Origin: an uncultured Nitrospirales bacterium
GTDB lineage: Bacteria; Nitrospirota; Nitrospiria; Nitrospirales; NS-4
Assembly: GCA_964568195.1 (NCBI GenBank)
Contig: CAZMPH010000005.1
Coordinates: 1 to 36,653 of the forward strand
Direction of reading: 5' to 3'
Length of the DNA: 36,653 nt
The notes below the pieces were generated by a model. It did not search any database. It saw nothing but the letters and a program-made list of their open reading frames with translations, and was not told where the DNA came from. Both the position numbers and the translations under genes were made by a program. Each line of letters begins with the position of its first letter. Position 1 is the first letter of the stretch. Positions 32,228 through 36,653 of this stretch are shown in pieces.

Positions 32228-34605
32228 TCCCCTCGTCACCGCCGGAGAGATCTACCTCCGCTTCGGCGTCCGCCCGGCCCCCCGCGCCAACCGGTCCGGC
32301 GGTCGCGATCCTCTGTGGCATCATCCTGGCCTTCTATCATGATCTCTGGTTGCCTGGCCTGGTGCTCATCCAACGCGACGCGTTCCGGTTTCACCTCCCC
32401 CTCAAGCACTATCTCGTGGAACGGCTTTCGGCCGGCGAATTCCCCCAATGGTTTCCCTACGACGCACTGGGCCGTCCGTTCATCGGCGTGACGGCCACGG
32501 GGGTCTTTCATCCGTTCACCCTGCTGTATTTCCTTTTTCCCGCGCATGACGCCTACCGCGCCGCGACACTCCTCTCCTGCCTGCTGGCGGGCCTCGGCGC
32601 TTTCGCACTGGGTCGCCGGCTTCGCTATTCGCACGCCGGCGCGCTCGTCGCCGGCCTCGCGTTCGCGCTGTCCGGCTATGTCGTCTCGCTTACCAACAAC
32701 ATCGTGTATCTGTACTCACTCTGCGCGCTGCCGCTTTTTTGCGCCGCCCTCGAGAAGGCTCTCACGGCGCCACGCGTCTGGGCAATCGCCCCTGCCGCCG
32801 TCTGGGCGACGGTGTTTCTCAACGGCGACATCCAGACGGGATACTACTACGGCTTCATCGCGCTGGTCTGGATCGGGGCGCGCGCGCCTGGCTCCCTCCG
32901 AGACGCAGGACTGAAGCTGGCGCTGGCCGCCGCGCTGGCGGCCCTGCTCGCCGGGATTCAACTGGGACCCGCCGCAGCCGTCTTCCTGGGAAGCGATCGC
33001 GCGCAATCCGAAACGCTCCACGAAGAAGCGCTGCACTGGTCCACCCACCCGCTTCGGCTGGTGGGGTTGGCGGCCTCGCCGATCGTCACGACCACCGACT
33101 CGGTGGAACTGGGAAATTTTTTCTTCGGCAGCCCGGACTACGGCCTGTGGGCGGAGAGCCTCTACATGGGCGTCCCGGTCCTGGGGTTGGCGTTGCTCGG
33201 CGCCCGGCACCGTCCCGACTTGCGTGTGCTGGCGCTGCTCGCGCTCCTCGCGCTGTTCCTCGCGCTCGGCCGGTTCGGCTGGCTCTACGAGGTGTTCTAC
33301 AAGGTGGTGCCCCTGTGGTCGGCCTTCCGGTTCCCCGAGAAATTCATAGGCATTGTGCTGTTCGCAGTCGCGATGCTCGCGGGAGCGGGGCTCGACGCCC
33401 TGCGGCAGGGGAAAGGCGGCCCGCTGCCCTGGCTGGCGATCGCAGGCCTCTGTGCGGGCGCCGGCGCAGGGCTTCGCATGGACGGCGCGAGCCTGTGGAC
33501 AGCCGCACGCTTCGGGGCGCCGCTGGACATGGCCCGCGACGTGACGGGAACAGCCGGACTCGCCCTGTTCTCCAGCGCTGCTGTCGCGCTCGCCATGGGA
33601 CTGATTCTCGCCGGCGTCCGCCGAGGGCACCTCCGCGAGACGCTGGCACTTGGCGCCGTCGTGGCGCTCATCGTCGTGGACCTCGCCCGCGCCAACCTGG
33701 CAGTCTGTCACACCGGCCCGGCCGAGGCCGCGACGTTCATGCCTTCGCTCGCGGATGCCATCCGGGCGCGCGAGGGGACGCTCTCTCCAGGCCGCTTCCG
33801 CCTGCTCTCGTTGCGTCACGCCGATTACGTGGCGCCCGCATCGGTCCGCCAGGCGTTCGGCCACGACGCGGAGATTGTGGAACGCCGCCAGGCCCTCGAT
33901 GTGGCGCACAACGCCCAGTTCCACCTCGAATCATTTTTCGATTATCTGCCAGGCCGGAACGCGCGGCTCAAGGCCATGATGCCGTACATGGTCCGGATAG
34001 ACAGGGCGGCACGGTTCAACGTGGCCTACTACATCGCCCGCCGGGCCCAATTCCGGAACGCTTCTTTCGCCGGCGCGGTGGTGGCAGAACTCCCCGACTA
34101 TGACCTTGCGCTCGCCCGTAACCCCCTTCCCGTTAAGCCACGCGCTTATCTGTCCCGGCAGCCGGAACACGCCGCCTTTCCGTTCGACCCCGTTGCCCTG
34201 CTCAAACGACCGGATTTTCTGAACGGAGAGGTGGATGTGATTGAGGCGCCCAACGCCACCCTGCCGGGGCCTGCCGGGACGGGACAGGCGGCCATCGAGC
34301 GGTACGAGCCGGAACTGGTCCGGGTGTCCGTGGAAACTCCGCAACCCGCTGTCCTGATCCTGCTCGACGCGTTCGACAAGGGCTGGACCGCCAGGCTCGA
34401 AACGGGCGAGGACGTCCCCATCATGAGGGCGAACGCACTGGTACGGGCAGTGGTGGTGCCGGCCGGCGCGCATGTCGTCACGTTTTCCTACCAGACGCCC
34501 CTGCTGAAAGCCGGTGCGTGGGCGTCTTTGACCGGCGTTCTCCTGTGCATCGGCTTGATTGTGCGCGCGCGCCGGCGGCCCCGCCGCACAGAGAGTGGCG
34601 CCTGA
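32224..34605 (+). CDS. YfhO-family polytopic membrane protein, paralog 2, 793 aa
   Basis: Same motifs as paralog 1: QRDAFRFHLPLKHYLVERLSAGEFPQWFPYDALGRPFIGV; WATVFLNGDIQTGYYYGF; ILLDAFDKGWTARLETGEDVPIMRANALVRAVVVPAGAHVVTFSYQTP. The track ORF (31450..34605) carries a 258-aa out-of-context extension that overlaps paralog 1. ATG 32224 forms an ATGA overlap with the paralog 1 stop. Confidence 0.8.
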   Translation: MIPSSPPERSTSASASARPPAPTGPAVAILCGIILAFYHDLWLPGLVLIQRDAFRFHLPLKHYLVERLSAGEFPQWFPYDALGRPFIGVTATGVFHPFTLLYFLFPAHDAYRAATLLSCLLAGLGAFALGRRLRYSHAGALVAGLAFALSGYVVSLTNNIVYLYSLCALPLFCAALEKALTAPRVWAIAPAAVWATVFLNGDIQTGYYYGFIALVWIGARAPGSLRDAGLKLALAAALAALLAGIQLGPAAAVFLGSDRAQSETLHEEALHWSTHPLRLVGLAASPIVTTTDSVELGNFFFGSPDYGLWAESLYMGVPVLGLALLGARHRPDLRVLALLALLALFLALGRFGWLYEVFYKVVPLWSAFRFPEKFIGIVLFAVAMLAGAGLDALRQGKGGPLPWLAIAGLCAGAGAGLRMDGASLWTAARFGAPLDMARDVTGTAGLALFSSAAVALAMGLILAGVRRGHLRETLALGAVVALIVVDLARANLAVCHTGPAEAATFMPSLADAIRAREGTLSPGRFRLLSLRHADYVAPASVRQAFGHDAEIVERRQALDVAHNAQFHLESFFDYLPGRNARLKAMMPYMVRIDRAARFNVAYYIARRAQFRNASFAGAVVAELPDYDLALARNPLPVKPRAYLSRQPEHAAFPFDPVALLKRPDFLNGEVDVIEAPNATLPGPAGTGQAAIERYEPELVRVSVETPQPAVLILLDAFDKGWTARLETGEDVPIMRANALVRAVVVPAGAHVVTFSYQTPLLKAGAWASLTGVLLCIGLIVRARRRPRRTESGA

Positions 34606-36653
34606 TGCCCCCACCCTCCACAGCAACGCCCGCCACCACACCGGGGCTCCTTGCCCGGATCACGTCGCCGACAGGGCTCGCGGCGGCGGCCCTGTGCGGC
34701 ATCGTCCTGGCGTTCTACCACGGCCTCTGGCTGCCCGGCCTCGTGCTCATCAAGCGCGATGCCTTCCGCCTCTTTCTTCCCATCAAGCAACACCTTATCC
34801 AGCGGCTTTCCACAGGCGAACTGCCGCAATGGTTCCCTTATGACGCGCTGGGCCGCCCCTTCATCGGAGCAACACATACTGGCGTGTTCCACCCTTTCAA
34901 TGTGCTCTATTTCATCCTCCCTGCACCGGATGCGTATCGTGCTTCGATCCTGATCTCGTGCTTGCTGGCTGCCATGGGTGCCTTTGTCCTCAGCCGTAAG
35001 CTCCTTCTTTCACCACCTGGTGCCCTGCTCGCGGGTGTTGTATTTGCGCTTTCAGGCTATATCGTGTCTTTTACCGAGAACATTCACTTCCTGTACTCGA
35101 TCAGTGCGCTGCCTTTTTTTTGCGTTGCTCTTGAAAAGGCCCTCACGGAACGATACGCATGGACGGTCGCTCCTGCGGCCATCTGGGCCACGGTATTTCT
35201 CAACGGCGACGTGCAGACGGGCTACTACTACGGCTTCGTTGCGCTGGTTTGGGCACTGGCACGCACAACGAATTCCTACCAACAAACAATTGTCCGGCTG
35301 GCCCTCTCAGGAACACTAGCGGTTCTGCTCGCTGGCGTTCAGCTCGGGCCGGCATGGGGGGTCTTCCATGGCAGCGAACGCATCCATCCGGACGAATTTC
35401 TTGAGCAAGCCATGTCCTGGTCCACCCACCCGCTTCGGTTGGTCACGGTGCTGGCCTGGCCGGTGGCCACGCACGTCAGCCCGGTTCTCGTCGCCCGGAC
35501 TTTCGGGATTCCCACCACAGGATTCCTAGCGGAGAGCCTCTACCTCGGAATCCCTGTGATGGGATTGGCCCTGCTCGGAACGTGGCATCGCCGCGATCTG
35601 CGAATACTGGCCTGGCTCGGTGGCGTTGCCCTGCTGCTGGCACTTGGACGATACGGTGGCCTCTACGAAATCTTCTACCACGTGGTGCCCCTCTGGTCCG
35701 CGTTCCGATATCCGGAGAAGCTGATGAGCATCGTTTTCTTCGCCGCCGCAATGCTGGCAGGCGCTGGACTCGATGCGCTGCGCGAAAGAAACAACCCACT
35801 GGTCCCCTGGCTGGCCATGGCGATGCTGTGCACAACCGCCGGATTCGTGCTGCAGACCGAGGCCGCCGCCGCATGGACGACTGCACACTTCGGGGCAGCG
35901 CCGGGTTTGGCTCATGAGATCACAAGTTCGGTTGCCATCGCCTTTCTGTACAGCGCGGCGGCCACGCTTGGCACGTGGCTGATCGCGGCCGGCGTCCAGA
36001 AACAAGTAATGCGGGAAGCGGTTGCGATCCCCTTGTTGGTGCTGCTCGTCGCGCTCGATCTGGCACGCGCCAATCTAGGGGCTTACCACACCGGGCCCTC
36101 CGAGGCCGCAACCTTCATTCCGCCTCTCGCCGAGGCGATCAAGGCCCAGGAAGGGCCGTTGACTCCGGGACGTTTCCGCCTAGTCGCTACACACGAGGAA
36201 ATGGTCGGCTGGCCTGAAGATCTCGCTCGCACCGTTGGCTACTACGGCGCCCTGTCCATCGAACGGCGTCAGGCGCTCGACGTCCTACACAACGCAGCTT
36301 ATCAGCTAGAGAGCATCATGCCTCAGTTGGCCGGATACAGCCCACAGTTTGCTGAAACTTTGCGCCACGGGATGAGTTTGGGGGCCGCTGCACGTTTCAA
36401 CGTGACCTATTATATCAGCCGGCGTTACCATTTAAGGGGCCCCACTCTCTCTCGTATGATCGTGGCCGAGCTACCGCCCTATGACTTGGTGCTATTCCGC
36501 AACCCCGTCCTTCCCAAGCCACGCGTCTACCTGTCAAAGAAACCCGAGCGGTCTGTAAAGCCGGTCGATCCGGCAGTCCTGTTCGCGAGACCCGACTTCC
36601 TGAACGGAGAAGTGGACGTGATCGAAACGTCAGCCCTGACGTTGCCCGGTCCC
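34605..36653 (+). CDS. YfhO-family polytopic membrane protein, paralog 3, 5' part (683 codons); runs off the right edge
   Basis: Absent from the ORF track (no stop in the window). My translation from ATG 34605 reads MPPPSTATPATTPGLLARITSP...IKRDAFRLFLPIKQHLIQRLSTGELPQWFPYDALGRPFIGATHTGVFHPF...WATVFLNGDVQTGYYYGF...RPDFLNGEVDVIETSALTLPGP and stays open to 36653. It is collinear with paralogs 1 and 2. The start overlaps the paralog 2 stop as TGATG. Confidence 0.8.
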   Translation, partial: MPPPSTATPATTPGLLARITSPTGLAAAALCGIVLAFYHGLWLPGLVLIKRDAFRLFLPIKQHLIQRLSTGELPQWFPYDALGRPFIGATHTGVFHPFNVLYFILPAPDAYRASILISCLLAAMGAFVLSRKLLLSPPGALLAGVVFALSGYIVSFTENIHFLYSISALPFFCVALEKALTERYAWTVAPAAIWATVFLNGDVQTGYYYGFVALVWALARTTNSYQQTIVRLALSGTLAVLLAGVQLGPAWGVFHGSERIHPDEFLEQAMSWSTHPLRLVTVLAWPVATHVSPVLVARTFGIPTTGFLAESLYLGIPVMGLALLGTWHRRDLRILAWLGGVALLLALGRYGGLYEIFYHVVPLWSAFRYPEKLMSIVFFAAAMLAGAGLDALRERNNPLVPWLAMAMLCTTAGFVLQTEAAAAWTTAHFGAAPGLAHEITSSVAIAFLYSAAATLGTWLIAAGVQKQVMREAVAIPLLVLLVALDLARANLGAYHTGPSEAATFIPPLAEAIKAQEGPLTPGRFRLVATHEEMVGWPEDLARTVGYYGALSIERRQALDVLHNAAYQLESIMPQLAGYSPQFAETLRHGMSLGAAARFNVTYYISRRYHLRGPTLSRMIVAELPPYDLVLFRNPVLPKPRVYLSKKPERSVKPVDPAVLFARPDFLNGEVDVIETSALTLPGP
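35769..35870 (+). repeat. 102-nt tract nearly identical to 31010..31111 (copy B, inside YfhO paralog 3)
   Basis: See copy A. In the 60 nt immediately downstream I counted only 40/60 identities, so the tract stands out sharply from the paralog background. Confidence 0.85.

Noticed and set aside
1-36653. Mobile elements, CRISPR arrays, tRNA/rRNA genes, toxin-antitoxin or phage-defence genes.
   Set aside because: I found no integrase, transposase or recombinase motifs, no short regularly spaced direct repeats, no cloverleaf-like conserved tRNA sequences in the few intergenic regions, and no nuclease- or helicase-type accessory genes other than dnaB. The only repeats are the YfhO paralogs and the duplicated pilin regulatory elements.

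Overview
This is a 36.65-kb high-GC bacterial chromosomal window with no rRNA, tRNA, CRISPR array, transposase or integrase that I could find. Coding density is very high, and everything from 26621 down to position 1 is on the minus strand.

There are four blocks:

(A) 1-15953 (-): a tightly packed run of 14 glycan-assembly genes.
- Two paralogous GT4 glycosyltransferases that carry hydrophobic insertions.
- A heparinase II/III-like protein, a radical SAM/SPASM enzyme and a SAM methyltransferase.
- A Wzm/Wzt O-antigen-type ABC exporter whose Wzt has a C-terminal extension.
- A WecB-type 2-epimerase, a hexapeptide N-acetyltransferase and a Gfo/Idh/MocA oxidoreductase.
- A second ABC-2 exporter pair, a membrane-anchored helical protein, and a Wzy_C (O-antigen ligase family)-TPR fusion.

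(B) 16003-21452 (-): two tandem, divergent type IV pilin genes.
- Each pilin has its own sigma-54-type promoter and a paired TTGTC upstream element at the same distance.
- Upstream of them lie a 662-aa GT-C-like polytopic membrane protein and a secreted 592-aa TPR protein.
- The TPR gene is preceded by a near-consensus sigma-70 promoter.

(C) 21449-28913: housekeeping genes.
- dnaB, hisZ, serA and a class V aminotransferase.
- An MltD-like LysM lytic transglycosylase.
- A membrane-anchored TPR protein.

(D) 29008-36653 (+): a SAM methyltransferase followed by three tandem, translationally coupled YfhO-family (GT-C-like) membrane protein paralogs of about 800 aa each. The third paralog runs off the window.

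The most interesting items:
- The triple YfhO array, which contains a 102-nt near-identical tract between paralogs 1 and 3 that suggests gene conversion.
- The pilin locus, flanked by a GT-C-like protein and a Wzy_C/TPR protein, as a candidate pilin O-glycosylation system, together with the duplicated regulatory architecture of the two pilins.
- The uncharacterised heparinase-like / radical SAM / methyltransferase tailoring module next to a Wzt with a putative cap-reading domain.

All functional calls come from reading motifs by eye; no database search was run. Many ORF-track entries are antisense or 5'-extended artefacts of the high GC content. I re-set starts where an internal ATG gives an ATGA stop/start overlap or a good Shine-Dalgarno (SD) sequence.
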